Source of the DNA: the human T2T-CHM13v2.0 reference genome, Homo sapiens
NCBI RefSeq assembly: GCF_009914755.1
Contig: NC_060947.1
DNA length: 64,000 bases
Reading direction: 5' to 3' (one strand)
Shown: positions 1 to 13,445 of the stretch, in pieces
How the letters are laid out: each line of letters starts with the position of its first letter
Position numbering within the stretch: position 1 is the stretch's first letter
Position numbers and translations under genes: made by a program
The notes under the pieces: model-generated
Seen by the model: only the letters and a program-made list of their open reading frames with translations
Told to the model about the DNA's origin: nothing
The model's database searches: none

Positions 1-120
1 TTATCTTAATTTTACAATGAAGAGACTGAGGCTCAGGAAACATAATGCAAGGTCACACTCAGTTAATAAGTTGAGAGCTAGGATTCAAACCCAGGTTTAT
101 CTGACTCAGTTACACTACAC
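1..120 (-). mobile_element. MIR SINE fragment
   Basis: ttttacaatgaagagactgaggctcag...aaggtcacac...ggattcaaacccagg MIR core. Confidence 0.8.
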
Positions 121-210
121 TTCCTCCACATAGCACATTGTGGGCCCGTCACAGCTCTTGAGGACAAAATTCATCCTTAGAAAAGTTTTCTTACTCCACT
201 TTTTGCTGAT

Positions 211-259
211 ACTACTGCTGCTGTTGCTGCTGCTACTACTATTACTACTACTGCTACTG
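211..259. repeat. (CTG/CTA)n imperfect trinucleotide repeat
   Basis: Seen directly. Confidence 0.85.
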
Positions 260-1499
260 TTTCTCCTCCTCTATTTATCCAGAACTGCATTTTTCCAGCA
301 CTCCTAGGTGCTTTGAACCCAGCTACCAGTTGTAGAGTTCAAACCCAGGCCTGCATGAGTCCCTTGCACCCATTCTACTTTTCTGCACTGCTTGTAATGT
401 AACACAGGAGGTATGGGACATCCATAACTCAGGTAGGTAATTGACTTCAAGCTTAACATTCACTCACCAATCATTTATTGAGCACATATTAGATAAGCAA
501 CCTATGGCTCCTGCCCTGGAGTTGTTCATAAGACCTTCCAGGCAGACAGCTATGGGACGAATACACTTGAATTTATTAAATCTACCTCAGGCAAAAAACC
601 AAGCATGTAATTATAAGTAGTATATCAGAGTATGTGTAAATGGGGTTCTGTAAAATGTTTGAAAGAGGCAGGCCTGGGTTAGTGGTGAGAACAAGGATCA
701 AGAAGGCTCTGCCACCAAATAACAACATGAGTGTTGTCCCGTTAATCTCTCTGGGCTTCTGTTTCCAGATCAAGGACCTCAAAATAATAGTCATAGTCAC
801 CATTTATTGAGTGCTTTACTGTTAACCAGGCAGTATGCTAGGTGGTTTTCATTTAGTCTTGACAACAGTATTCTCGCTTTCCCTTTTCTACAGCTGAGAC
901 TCAGAGACATTAGGTAATGTCTAGGTCACACAGCTCTTCAGTGACCAGTTGTTTCTATGTCAGAATCCTCTTATAATCACTGAGTTGTATCGCTTCCCTT
1001 GCCTCCTGCTCCCAAGTCAAGTATTCTCTACTATGTCGCCTGAAAATTAAAATTAAAATCAAGGTTAATCTTGTTCAACTGAGCCAAGAGGATAAACATT
1101 AGAAATAGCAATTAGTAGGTAGAAATGTTGCCAGGAAGAGCTATACAAAAGCATAGAAAGGCAACCAAGGGAGTTAATGATGGGGGTGTGGCAGGGGTTG
1201 CATGTTGATGGGTAATTGGATCCTGGCCAGCTCTTACCTTCTTCCTTCACCTTCCCACTCCGCAATTTCTCAGGCTTCTCTAGAGAGCACAACCCACCTA
1301 GAGACAGCCTGTGTTGCCACAGGAGGGCACCAGGCCAGGAATGGCAGGCCTAGGGCAGTGGGGCTCTGGGCTGGGAACCATAAATAACCACTTTAATGAA
1401 AACCAGCTTTGGCCAAAAGCCTTATCATTTCTTAAGAGGTTCTGTGCTTCTTCTAATGACCTAGTTACTTGAGAAAGGCCTAGCCTAACATATACAACA

Positions 1500-1740
1500 A
1501 CAATAATAGTTGCCCTATAGTGAGTACTTACTATGGGCCAGGGCCTGTGCTAAACACTCACTAATTCATTTAATCCTCACACAGCCCTACAGGAGCAAGT
1601 ACTATTATTTCCCCCACGTTACAGAGCAGGCATCAGGCTGAGAGAGGCTAAGTCATTTGCTCAAGATCATATAGCTGGTTGGAGCTGGAATTTGAAGCCT
1701 GAAGCATCTAGTTCCAGGGCCTGAGCTCTTTAATTCCTAT
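1500..1740 (-). mobile_element. MIR SINE
   Basis: ttcatttaatcctcac...gaggctaagtcatttgctcaagatcatatagct MIR core. Confidence 0.8.
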
Positions 1741-1875
1741 ATTTAATGAATGTCTGTCGAAGGAATAAACAGATGAATGAATAGACAAATGTATTCATTT
1801 CATTTCACTTTAACAAACATTTATTGAGTGCTCTGTGTCAGCTCCTGTGCTAGGCATTGAGGATTTATAAGTTTA

Positions 1876-1932
1876 GTGCGTGCGTGCGCGCACACACACA
1901 CACACACAAACGCACACACACACACACACACA
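1876..1932. repeat. (GY)n/(CA)n microsatellite
   Basis: gtgcgtgcgtgcgcgcacacaca...; alternating purine-pyrimidine tract. Confidence 0.95.
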
Positions 1933-2567
1933 TCCTGCATGGCCCTTGCTCTCCAGGGGTTCACAAAAGCATTCTCTATTGTGGCTTGATTTCTTCTGGA
2001 GAGAAGTAATTTGAATGTCTTGAACAGCAGTTTTTAATGATGCTATTAAATTTAACCTAAAGCGGGGGTTTTGCACCGGTGAGCAAAGTGTTTCAAATGA
2101 GAATGTGTCTTTGATTAATCATCGATTCAGCCAGAGAATAGTTACTACCAGAATGGAGCTGCAACTCCTATTATATTAGCTAACTCTTCTTCCATCTATC
2201 ATGTCTCTATCTTGTCGAACCCTCCCACGATACAAAAGTTATCTGTACCCTAATGGACAATTATCCCATCCATCATTCCTGCTGGTCTTGTTGATTGCTG
2301 GTAGTCTGCTTGCCCACGGAGGAGACTTACAAATAGTCAAGACCAGTGACGCACTGGAAAACTGCTCATTTTTAGACATTTTAAATCTATGTAGAATGAA
2401 TTATTTTTCAGGCTGTACTTAAGCTGCATTTGCTTTGTTGGTTATGTAAGAAGAGATATGAATTCCTTACCTATGCGTGAGACATGGCGTCTGAATATTT
2501 TTAAGTTCCTGTGGGCAGCAGCCCTATACATATTTGTTAAAATGATGAAAGAATAAAGTAAACATAC

Positions 2568-2713
2568 CTAGAGTAATTCCAGAGGAGCAGGCTTCATACC
2601 TGGAGCTCGGGTGGGTGGCCATCATGTCAGGGTAGTCACCGTCTTCCTTTTCCTTTCTAAGTACTTTGAGGAGAATCCCAAGTTGATTAGGGTCAAGGTG
2701 AGGACTCATGGTG
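2568..2713 (-). other. AMMECR1: Minus-strand internal exon (146 nt), probably a distal alternative 5' exon of AMMECR1
   Basis: Minus-strand acceptor ccctattttcag|CACCATG and donor TAG|gtatgt in unique sequence. Gene identity rests only on recalled gene order (AMMECR1 lies to the left on the opposite strand), not on sequence in this window. Confidence 0.55.
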
Positions 2714-2899
2714 CTGAAAATAGGGATTGAGTGGACAATGAGAGATGCCTGTTGAATTCCCTGGGACTATTGCTATGAGATTTGAGGGCAGAAATGCCCC
2801 CCTCTCCCATGTCCTACCCTAAGCCTGGTAACACATTTAACTTTTTGTTACAGTAACTACCATGCCTAGTAAAACTGGAGTCACTGGTTGCCCAGGGCA

Positions 2900-4035
2900 A
2901 AAACCCAAGAGTTGTAGTTCACTCATCTTTATTTCTCACCTCTACATTCAGCCAGTCACTAAGCCCTGCCAAGTATATTTCCTAAGCATTCCTTGCATGT
3001 CACCTCTTTTCTCCATTCCTACTGCCAGGGCTTTAGTTCAGGACTCCTCCCACCTCCAGACATCTCTTGCCTTGATTCCTACAATACCTTCTGGTTTTCT
3101 CACCTTCTCTCCTTAGTCCTCTGTGACCATTCTCCCCAAAGTGGCCTGAGTGATCTTTCAAACATGCAAATCAAATCATTTCACACCTCCATCCCCTCCA
3201 CTTAACACTTGTAAATAGCCTCACAACACCTGAGACTTGAGGCTCTCAAAATGTGGGTCCTGGGGCCAGCAACACCAGCATCTCTGGCAACTTCTTAAAG
3301 TTAGAGTACGTACTCATTAGAGTACCTACTGAATCAGAAACTCTGAGAGTGCTCACCTGACTCTGTGTTTAACAGCCCTACAGGTGATTCTGATGAGCAC
3401 TCAAATTTGAGAACTGGCACCCTAGAGCCATGGTTCTCAATCCTGGCTGCACATTCAAATAAATGGAGGGAGCTTTTAAAAGTTCTAATGCCTCTCCTGC
3501 AGAGTAATTAAATCAGTTTCTAGGGGTGGGATCCAGTCATAAGTATTGTTTTTAAAGTTCCCCAGGTGCTTCTAATATACAGTCAAGGCTGAGAACTACT
3601 GCTCTATAGGATGAAGTCCAAACTCCTTAGCTTGGCATTTAAGGTCTATCTCTTTGGTCATAACCACCCCCAACACTATGCTCTTGCTTGTTCATTCTAG
3701 AATTCAATCACAGGGAGTCATTTGCAATTCTCTTAGAGCCACACATGGTCTCTTACCTCTGTGCATTTGCACACATCATTCCCACTGCTGTGCCCATCCC
3801 TTCCTCCCTCCCTTCACCCAGCTAACACCATCTCATCTACAACACATAGCTCAGAAGACACCTCTAAGGAACAGTTTTCCCCGCCTGTCCAGTCTGGGTT
3901 AGATGCCCCTCCTCTGTACTCCCACAGCGTCCACAACATAGCACTGGATACATTCTCTTGTTCTTCTCTGGTTAGTTGTCTACTTTCTCTACCAGTCTGA
4001 GAGCTAGGATCCCCACCTGGCACACAGTAGATGTT
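2900..4035 (+). mobile_element. LINE-2 3' region interrupted by two MER5 elements
   Basis: L2-typical text (ctttcaaacatgcaaatcaaatcat; aagtccaaactccttagcttggcatttaagg; cctggcacacagtagatgttc). Confidence 0.7.
3240..3602. mobile_element. Adjacent MER5A (~3240-3420) and MER5B (~3427-3602) hAT-Charlie MITEs
   Basis: tctcaaa...tttgagaac and ggttctcaa...tgagaactactg terminal inverted repeats; cctactgaatcagaaactctg core. Confidence 0.75.
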
Positions 4036-4699
4036 CCATGATTCTGTACATCCTGTTCCCTCTTTTTGGAGTGACTTTCTGTGCCTTGTCTGTGGCCTTC
4101 AGGATGCAGCTCAGATATCACTTCTTGGGAATCTCAGAATTCTCTGTCTGGACCCTTTCTCTAGGCTCCCGCAACAATCTAAATGTAATCTGATCCTAGC
4201 CCTTAGCACACAGGGCTATCAGGCTGCCATAGTCTGTTTACTTATCTGCCTCCCTCACTGAACTGTAAGTAACTTGAGGTTAGGGACAGAGCCTTGTACA
4301 TTCCTGTATCCCAGCTCCTAGCACAAAGACTCACACATTATAGGTGCTCAGTAGCCATAACCATCTGCAGAACGAATAACTGAATCAATGATGACCTTTT
4401 CCTCTTCTCCATATCATCAGCCACTATTTCTGTCCAGGCCCCCGTTGCTTTATTGCAATAGCCTTCTGACTATTTCCCATCTCTCCTTTCTCTGATGCCA
4501 TCTGAACACTCCCCCCCTCTCCAAGATGTGGCTTTCTAAAACCACAGTCACCCTATCCCTCCCCTGCTCAAACACTTTCAGTCATTCCTCATTGTCTGCA
4601 GGGCAAATATCAAAGTGGAATTCCAGATCCTTCCTTCCCAAGAGTGGTCTGCCTTCCCAACCATACCTCCCCCCATTCCCCTATGGAATACCAGCCACA

Positions 4700-4865
4700 T
4701 CATCTGAGGGTCCTGGTGCAAAACGAAAATGTGGAACCCCGTGTTAAAATATAATCAAGGATTTCAAGATAGCAGCAAAGGAGAGCATTAAACCAAGCAT
4801 AGGGCTCTTCTGACTTCAGGGTCCGATGCGACGGCACAGGTCTGCCCCTACGTGTATCCAGCGCA
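4700..4865 (-). mobile_element. MER91A-like hAT DNA transposon
   Basis: Reverse complement reads cttggtttaatgctctc...tcttgaaatc...cacattttcgttttgcacc, matching the recalled MER91 consensus. Confidence 0.6.
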
Positions 4866-5351
4866 CTGGCCAAATGCACTTGCTCCTCCTTCAACTGCTC
4901 TGTAGGTTCACTTTCTCCACGGCTTTTGTCAGGCTGTTCCATCTCTTCTACCCCACTAGCCAATTCAAAGCTTGTCTTCCCTGTAGATCCACCCTGTTCT
5001 TCAAGAATTGCTCAATTCTCATCTCCTACTGTTCCAGACCACAGTAGTTTCTACCACACAGCCTGATATTAATAATTATTTTTATATGTGTGTAGTCTTG
5101 CCTGTCTACTGAATTTTAAGCTTCTTGAGGGCAAGGACTCTATTTTGTTCATCTTTTTTTTTTATAGACTTAGCATAGTACTTTGTAATCATCTCACTTG
5201 TTGAATGACTCAGGGAAGAAATAATACAACTCCAGTCACTGAGTTTGCCAAAAAACAGTAGACACTGCAAACCTGATTTAAATCCCTCATTATTAGCTAT
5301 GCAACATTGAAGGAGTCACCTCACTTCTCTTTGCCATCTATAAAACGATGA

Positions 5352-5691
<340 letters not shown>

Positions 5692-6214
5692 TAGAAAAAG
5701 TAATTTTTTGTTAGTATCTTGTTCTTTGGCAATGTTTTCAAAATCTTTTGTTTTTTAATACATGTAAAACTTATTTTATATTTTATATCACCTAATTGCA
5801 ATACCTGAGGTCTTTGAAGACCTGATTCTGTTTTCATTGTTTCTGGCTTCATCGTGTTCTTTGTAATTTTGGATTATGAGTTCATGTTCAACCTGACTTT
5901 ATCCTTGGTAATCCTATGAAAACTGGGTGGTGGGCATGTTCTTCCAGGGAGGATTTGTGTTTGGTTCTTCCAAGTGCATCAGGGCACTATTAATCCAGGA
6001 GTTCTTCCAGTGAATTGTTTAGTCCCAAAGGCAAGGGCCATGTCTTCTTTGGCTATATGATCCCAGGGCTTAACTCAGGGACTTGTAGATGCTCAACATA
6101 TATTTGCTGATTGAGTGGATGAATGAATGTGGTACTTTACCGCTTCTTTTGGAAGCCCAATAAGAATTGTGACCTCTGGTATTAACAAAGAACAGTAGGC
6201 ACATCAGGAAAATA

Positions 6215-6460
6215 ATAATTACTAACATTTATTGAGCAATGATTATGTGTCAGGTATCATTCTAAGTGCTTTGTGTGTATTAACTCATTTAATTCTCACT
6301 ATGATGCTGTGAGGTAGGTTACTATTATTATCTTCACATTACAGAGGAGGCACCAGACTCAGACAGGCTGAATAACTTGGCCAAGGTCACATAGCTAGTG
6401 AATGGCGGAACACAGATATGAACCCAGGCACCCTAGAGACACATCTACTTACCACCTTGT
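6215..6460 (-). mobile_element. MIR SINE, near full length
   Basis: aacatttattgagc...taactcatttaattctcac...ggccaaggtcacatagctagt. Confidence 0.85.
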
Positions 6461-7232
6461 ATTGGAGAAGAGGTCAACAGTAGTGACAGAAGCAATAGAG
6501 TGGAAATTTTCAGTACTGCCAAAACTATGAGAGCCATATAGTCCACACCAGGCATGAAAAGGAAGCTGGCATGGTCTTGTGTTGTCAGTTAACCCTTGTA
6601 TATAGGGTTTTCATTTCCTAACTAGAGAAGGAGGAGTTTGAAAGCAGGAACCATGAATTACAGCTCTTTGAAATGCTCAACATAGATTTGCTGAGTGAAT
6701 AAATGACTGTTTTGAAATTAAACACAGGAGTGCTTTGAATAAATTACTTTGCATCTTGTATGTCAAACTGAAATTGGTGAGACATCTTTCACCTTGTGTT
6801 AAAAACTAAAAATCCCTAGATGTGGTCATAACATGGCTGGTTATAATGACACCTTGCATTTGTACTTGTGTATGATACTCAGGACTCCCTGAGAAAAGGA
6901 ATGAAGAAACTTGGATTTTGCCTTCATAGGCCCTGAGGCTGTCAGGAACCAAGGGCCACTGTGTTTGTAATCCATTCCTTTGGCTGCTCTCCAAATCTAG
7001 GAAGACCTGGAGGAAAGGGGGGCTTTATTTTCTATCTTTGCCAAGATCAGGAAATAATTTGTGAACTCTCAGTAAACATTCTGGGGGCCTTCCCTCTAAC
7101 ACTGCTTTGGTGGAATAATATCTCCAGTTTTCACCAATCTTGGTTCAATATTTACCTGGGGGTTTGCAGTGATCATGGGGACAGGGCTCCAACATGAAGT
7201 GAAGGTTCATGAGAAGGAAAATGAGGGGAAGG

Positions 7233-7233
<1 letters not shown>

Positions 7234-7265
<32 letters not shown>
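7234..7265. repeat. (TG)n microsatellite
   Basis: Seen directly. Confidence 0.95.
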
Positions 7266-7268
<3 letters not shown>

Positions 7269-9779
7269 GCTGAGGGATGAAGGTGGGAGGAATACCAGGA
7301 TTCTGAAGCAATGAGAGTGGGATTGGGAGAGAGAGCTCATGTTGAAGAAGAAATAACTCACCAGTTCACATGGGCTCCTTTTCAAGGGTTTTTCTTTATA
7401 TAAACAATTTGCCTGGTTCCAATTAGAAGCCCACATTAGGCAGTTAGCTCCAATTTGGCAGTTCATTCTTAATTTGGCTTTCCTTATGGGTGGGAGGGAG
7501 GGCTGACAGTTAAAAGGTTGATGGGAAAAACCTTGGTATCCTGGTGTGAAGACAGACCCTGGGATCAGAAGGTTGCCCTGATGACTTTGCCAATGTGTTC
7601 ATTGCCCCTGTCCTGCTGGGGCGCATACAGCAGGCCCTTCTTTCTCATACGCCCTTGACAGACCAGGACTCACTGCTAGAAAACCCCTGGGGAAGTCATT
7701 GCTGAAGACTCTAGTGTGGGGCACATTAGGTTTGAGGAGCAGGGGAAACATTCAGGCAGCTGGCAAGGTCTGGGCTACCAGGAGAGATTTGGGAGTTAGA
7801 AGCATATTAGGTGAGAGTTGACACTGTCCAAAGGGAGTATATAGAAAGAAAAGCAGAGGAAAGGGCTCATGGAGTCATTACAGCCTGTGAGGTGGGAACA
7901 GGGTTTGGGAGTACTAAGGGTTTGGGGAGGGTTTATGTGTTTATTCACCCATTCATTTATTCAACATTTCTTGAGCTTTATGGCAGATGCTGAGTTGAAG
8001 AGGAAGCTGGGGATTTAAGAGGGAGAAGAGTTAAGAGGGGATCCCTGGGTGGATCCAGATGAAGGAGAAGGGAGGGGCTAAGTGCCTAGGCTCGCTCTTG
8101 CCAGGAGAGCACATCTGTTAACACAAAGCTGCATCTGTATCTCAGCCAGCTCTCTTCCATTTCATCTCCTCCTCTCTACCCACACTTGCAAGACGGGGAG
8201 CCACATGGCGGCTTCCTACTCCCTTGTACCACTACACCCCCTGCCGGGTTCTTTCTAGGCATTTAGCTGTGGCATCAGCAGCACCCCTTCTGAGAGATCA
8301 GGCAATCCCCAAGGGTGAGTGGTAGTGGTAGTGGTGGGGAGGGTTGATAGCTTCGAGAGAAGAGCTGGAGAAGGCGCTGTCTGGCTGTAATTAGCCCCAG
8401 CTGCTGTTGTGAGGCAGCGTTGGGGGCCGTCAGGAGTGTACATGCATGTGTATGAACCTGTGAGCGTGGCACCTCATTGCTATCACTCTATTTTTCACTG
8501 TATTGTGTGCTGGCTGCAGCCTCGCTGCTCTGAAACCCCTCCTGTCCCTGAGGATCCCGAAAGACAGAGTGTTCCACAGGCAGCACCAGCTTGAATCACT
8601 AATGCTATTAAGCAGGAGGACAACAAATATAGGCCCCCATATGTCCTGGATATGCAAGTCCCTGCTCTCTCTTTCCCCACCCCTGCTTCCTGAATGTTTC
8701 CAAGTGAGTGAAGTCCCAGCACTTGAAATTAGCAACACCTCACTTCTGCACAGCCTTTTGGCAAAGAGCTTTCACAGCTGCCATGTCATGCATCCTCAGA
8801 CGCTTCTAGGAGAAGCATTTTATAGGTGAGGACCCTGTGGTTCAGGGAGGTGGAGAGATTTGCACAGGCTAACCCAGACAGTCAGTGGCAGACTTGTGTC
8901 CAGGAAGCAAGTCCTCGACCTCCTGGCCTGGTGGCCCATCCCCAGCAGAGCACTGCCAAGAGGGCTGCTCCCGGGTGGCTCCAGCTGCTGCTGTCTGTGA
9001 GCTCGTGAGAACCTGTCAGCTGTGGCTCCAAGACCTGCCTCAGTGATTGCTGAAAACGCTGAGAGTGCTGAAAACCAGGACCCTCAAGCCGAGCCTGACG
9101 TCACATAGTTGATTGAGTACCTGCTATGTGCCCACCACTGTGCTGGTGCTTATGGGAGACAAAACAGGGGTAGTGCATAGCCCGTATCCTCAAAGAAGTG
9201 ATAACTTGAATGGGGAAACAACTCTTAGATACCAAGTCCAAAGGCAATTCCAAGCACTTCTCTCTCTTCCACTAAGCAGTCTGTTGTCAGTGACAATGAC
9301 ACAGGAACCCCTTCTGAATTCATCTGTCTTATCGCAGGCCTGGGGTAGGAGAGGATGGGAGGATGACTAGGAAGGGTAATGAGGAAGGGCAGGGAGATGG
9401 GGGAAGGAAGGGAAAAACTGGAGCTCCTAATAAACACCAGGCACATTGTGAAGTTTATATGTTATACATAGGTCATTTGTATTATGCTTATCATACATGT
9501 ACATGAATATATACACCCAAACACATACACAAACACATACACAATCACTTTCCAGGGATTGACTCATCTATTTGGCTCACTCTCAATCATGAAAAGAGCT
9601 TAGGACAGTGACACTTTTAGAAAGCCCTGAATGAGTGTTAACTAGCCTTTCTTCTTATCATGATCATCTTCATTGTCATTATCGGCATATTATATAAATT
9701 ATCTCATTTATTTCTTCTAACTACAGGACTTAGCAACTATTATTTTTATTTCCAGTTTACAAATGAGGAAACCAGTATC

Positions 9780-10810
9780 TTATTTTATCCAAGCTTGTGG
9801 GTACTGAGAATATAAAGAGGAATTCAATATGGTTCTAGGCAAACTTTGGGGTCTTCCCTATCTAGTGGGAGGGACCGAGGCACACATAAGCCCTCATGGT
9901 CCAATAGGTGCTGTGGTAGAGGAACGTATCTGGGGAAGTTGAGGAAGTCTCCACGAATGAAGGAGGCTTGAGCAGCATCTTGAGGGATGGCAGGTTATGT
10001 CAGGAGGAACAGTGGAGGCAGGGGAAGACATTCCAGGCAAAGTGAGCAGTATTTGTGTGACAGGGCCTAGTGCATGTTTCAAAGGGCAGGACAATTGTAG
10101 CTGGGTGCACCACTGGCAGCAGCAGGAGGGGAGTGGACGAGTATTTGGGGTCAGCTATTCAGAGCCCTATTGGCCAAGCTGAAGGTTTTGTTCTGTGAGC
10201 AAGAGGGAGCCACTGGAGCTTTTTATTAAGGCAGATTCGGGACAGACTAGGAAGACAGTCCTTACCAGGGTGTTGAAAGATTGGAGGGAAGAGAGGCCAG
10301 CTGCATGCGGACCAATTGGGAGACCATCTCCAGGGTCTGGGCAAGAAGTGGAACAGGCTCTGAACCACGACCGTGGCAGTGAGAGCCGAGAGGAGGGGAT
10401 GACTCAAGGCACATGTCAACAGGTAGAAACCTCAGGGCTGGCTGTCATGGGGTCAAGGAGAGGGAAAAGGTGACAAGGACCCTGAGGTTCCAGCTTGGGT
10501 CCGTGGTGATACTGTCAACTGAGGCAGGGAACACAAGACTGTTAGTAGAGAGGGAGAGTGAGGGGAGACAGATGACAAGGTCTGTTTGGACTTGCTGGGT
10601 TTGGAGTGCTGGATAGCGGACATGTCCAGCAAGAAACTGGGAATCTTGGCTTTGAGCCCAGCTGAGACATGGGGGCTGGAAAGCCACCACAGTCAAGGGA
10701 TATTAGTTGACCTCAGGGGACTGGATGGGGTTTCTCCTCTCCCATTTTACTCATCCAGGGCAAGGGCTAGGGACAGAGCCAGGTGAATACCAGTATTTAA
10801 TGAGGGAGGT
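9780..10810 (-). mobile_element. Old LINE-2 fragment
   Basis: Purine-rich L2 antisense text (cattccaggcaaagtgagcagt; gggagccactggagcttttta; tctgtttggacttgctgggtttg). Confidence 0.6.
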
Positions 10811-10926
10811 GGTGGGGGACACCAGCCCGGAGTGAGAAGACACTCTTCTTTGGACCTTCCCAGAAACATCATCCCTTTCCCCTCATGATCATGGTCCTTG
10901 TTCCAGGGCTGCACTCAGGCCAGTGA

Positions 10927-11104
10927 CAGAAGGAAGGGAGGGACAGAGGGAGAAAGGGAGGAAAGAAGGGAGGGAAGGAGGGAGGGGGGAGGAAAGAAGG
11001 GAAGGAAGGAGGGAGGGGGGAGGAGGAAGGAGGGAGGGAGGGGGAAGAAGGAGGGAGTGAGGGAGGAAGGAAAGGGAGGAAGGAGGGAAGGAGGGAGGGA
11101 GGAG
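10927..11104. repeat. ~175-bp polypurine (GGAA/GGAG)n tract
   Basis: Almost only G and A on the + strand. Confidence 0.95.
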
Positions 11105-13229
11105 CTCTGTGCACAGAACTCATGCCTGCACAGGGGCCATGAAGCAAGGACAGGACAGTCACTTCAGCTCTGGAGTTCTTTAGTGTGGGAGTATCTTCTA
11201 ACAAAACCTAATAAATTAACAGCTGTGGGTTTGGGGCAGCAAGGACAAAGACCACAACTCTACAGTGACCCCTGGAGCACTCAGTGCCACTGACTGCGTC
11301 TCCACTGCTGCAGAGCTGGGAGCACATTCATGACAGCATTTTTCAAGCTCCTGTCTGTGCAAACCACAGCTGGTCTCCTAGGAGTCCTAACACTTTAATT
11401 AGACCTAGCAGGTCCCAGAACAAAATCCCATAATCCCCAAATCTATAGCAACAAGTTAGGCATGAGAGTTTTAGTTACATTCTGGATGTAAGAGAACCCT
11501 AACTGCCACTTTCTTTCTGAGTCTCCAAATGACCTTTGACCAATCTCTTTACCAGAAATATTTATCTAGAATGGCCTTGGTCTCTGACACCTTGAGGACT
11601 TCTACTGATTTCTCTGTTAAATCCCTGGAACCACACCAATAATAGTTCTGAACATTTTACACTCATCATCTCATTTATTCCTCACAAATATTATAAACCC
11701 TGTTTATATATATGTGTAATATTTATAGTAACAAGAGTAGCAGATATTTTGCTGAGGGGAGGCATGGTTCTACACAGGTTACATGAAGTAATTCATAATT
11801 CCACATGAACAGCACTATGAGGTATTATTACTGTCTCCATTTCACAGGCAAAGAGCAAATCACAGAAAGAATGAGTAAGTTGTTCAAGGTCACACAGCCT
11901 ATAAGAGGCAAAGCCTGCCGGTGTGGCTCCACTGTGCTATTAACCAGTAAGGTCTTCTATAGCCCCAACTAGCTCAAAATGGTTCTAAATGAAGAATCGC
12001 TGTGCGTTTTGCACCTCAGACTGCTAGCATCGCTGATTTAGGTCTGGAGTTTAGATAAGTGAAACTACTCAGGGTCTTTGTGAAGTATCTTTAGAGCTGC
12101 TGCTTGGACAAGACTGGGTCAGGACTTCGAAGGCATTTCCATGTGCTCCTGGAGAGTCAGGATGTAGGCTGGGATTCATTATGCGACCCAGCTGTGTGAC
12201 TTTCCTCCCCACCCCTTACCCCCATTCACCAAGATAGAATGCACTGTTTCTTAAGGTGTGGCTTAAGGAGAGCTCTTTAAACATGCAGATTCTAGGGCTG
12301 AAGCACAAACCCACTCTGTATCTTTATAGAGATAACTGCTGGAATATGCATTTTAGTAAACTCTCAGGCTGAATTACTTTGAGAATCATCAGAGTCTACT
12401 TTGACAGGATATAGGCTTGTCTTCTGATTCTAGAAGTACCATAAGCCTAACTAGGGATGCTTCCCACTCCTCTTTCTTGCTGAGCAGAGAAGCAAGGGGG
12501 ACTGGAATGCAGAGAACATGCTGAGGGCATGCCTGCACAGAAAGCTGAGCTCCTTGTCACCACATACCTTGAAAGAGTGGACTCTGTATCCCCAGGAGAG
12601 GATGGGGAGGGACAGAGAGAGAAAGCTATGGAAAGCCTCTGGAAGCCTTAGTACCCTGGGGCCCAGACAAGGGAGTCCCCTGAGGGAGGTAGAGAGTGGG
12701 GCTGTTGGAGGAGGAGAGCAGCTATGGGCCAGCAGCCTGAGGAGCTGAGAGTCACAGTGGGAGTGACTGTGGCTTCAGAGTGATGCCATAGCTGCAGTGA
12801 GCTGTACAGGAACCAGAGACCCAAAGTTTTCTGTAGGGCTTCTTTTGCTTTGTTAGTGCTTCAGGAGTTGGATCCTTCTGGACCCTGATCTCCCAGAAGT
12901 GATTCCATTTCGCCTCTAGGAGGTGGGTAGCAAAGCTCAGTCTGTGGCTGGGGAAAGCCAAGGAAGTGATTTCACGAATCTTTAGCAGTGAATCCACCTA
13001 TTTAGTTAGCAGGGGATGGAGCAGATCAGAACTAGCGAGAGGAAAGGCTTAGGAATGCTCTCTAGTGGGACTGAGAAGAAAAGGTGAGAGGGTGACATTA
13101 ACTGGAGGAGATGGTGAGCCCCTGACCCCTGCAGTTGTGAGACTTGCACTGAGTGGGATGATCTGCTGCTATAACCTATCCTCAGGCAATGAAGCATAAG
13201 CAGAGAGCCAGGAGTGTTAATCATTGCTG

Positions 13230-13445
13230 ATTTTTATTAAGCATTTCCTTTGTACTGGACACTGTACTGGGCTGTACATGCATCATCACATTCAGTCTTC
13301 ACAACATTATATGATAGCTCCTATTACTGTGCCCATTTTACAGATGAGGTTTAGATAGGTTATACCACTTGCCCAAGGCCACACAACTAGTAAGTAGCAG
13401 AGCCAGAATTTGCACCCAAGTGGTTTTAATCCAAACTGTGTCCAC
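13230..13445 (-). mobile_element. MIR SINE
   Basis: cccattttacagatgagg...cttgcccaaggccacacaactagtaagt. Confidence 0.85.

Noticed and set aside
10869-11293. Pro-rich and Gly/Arg/Glu-rich ORFs on both strands
   Set aside because: Artefacts of the stop-free polypurine tract.
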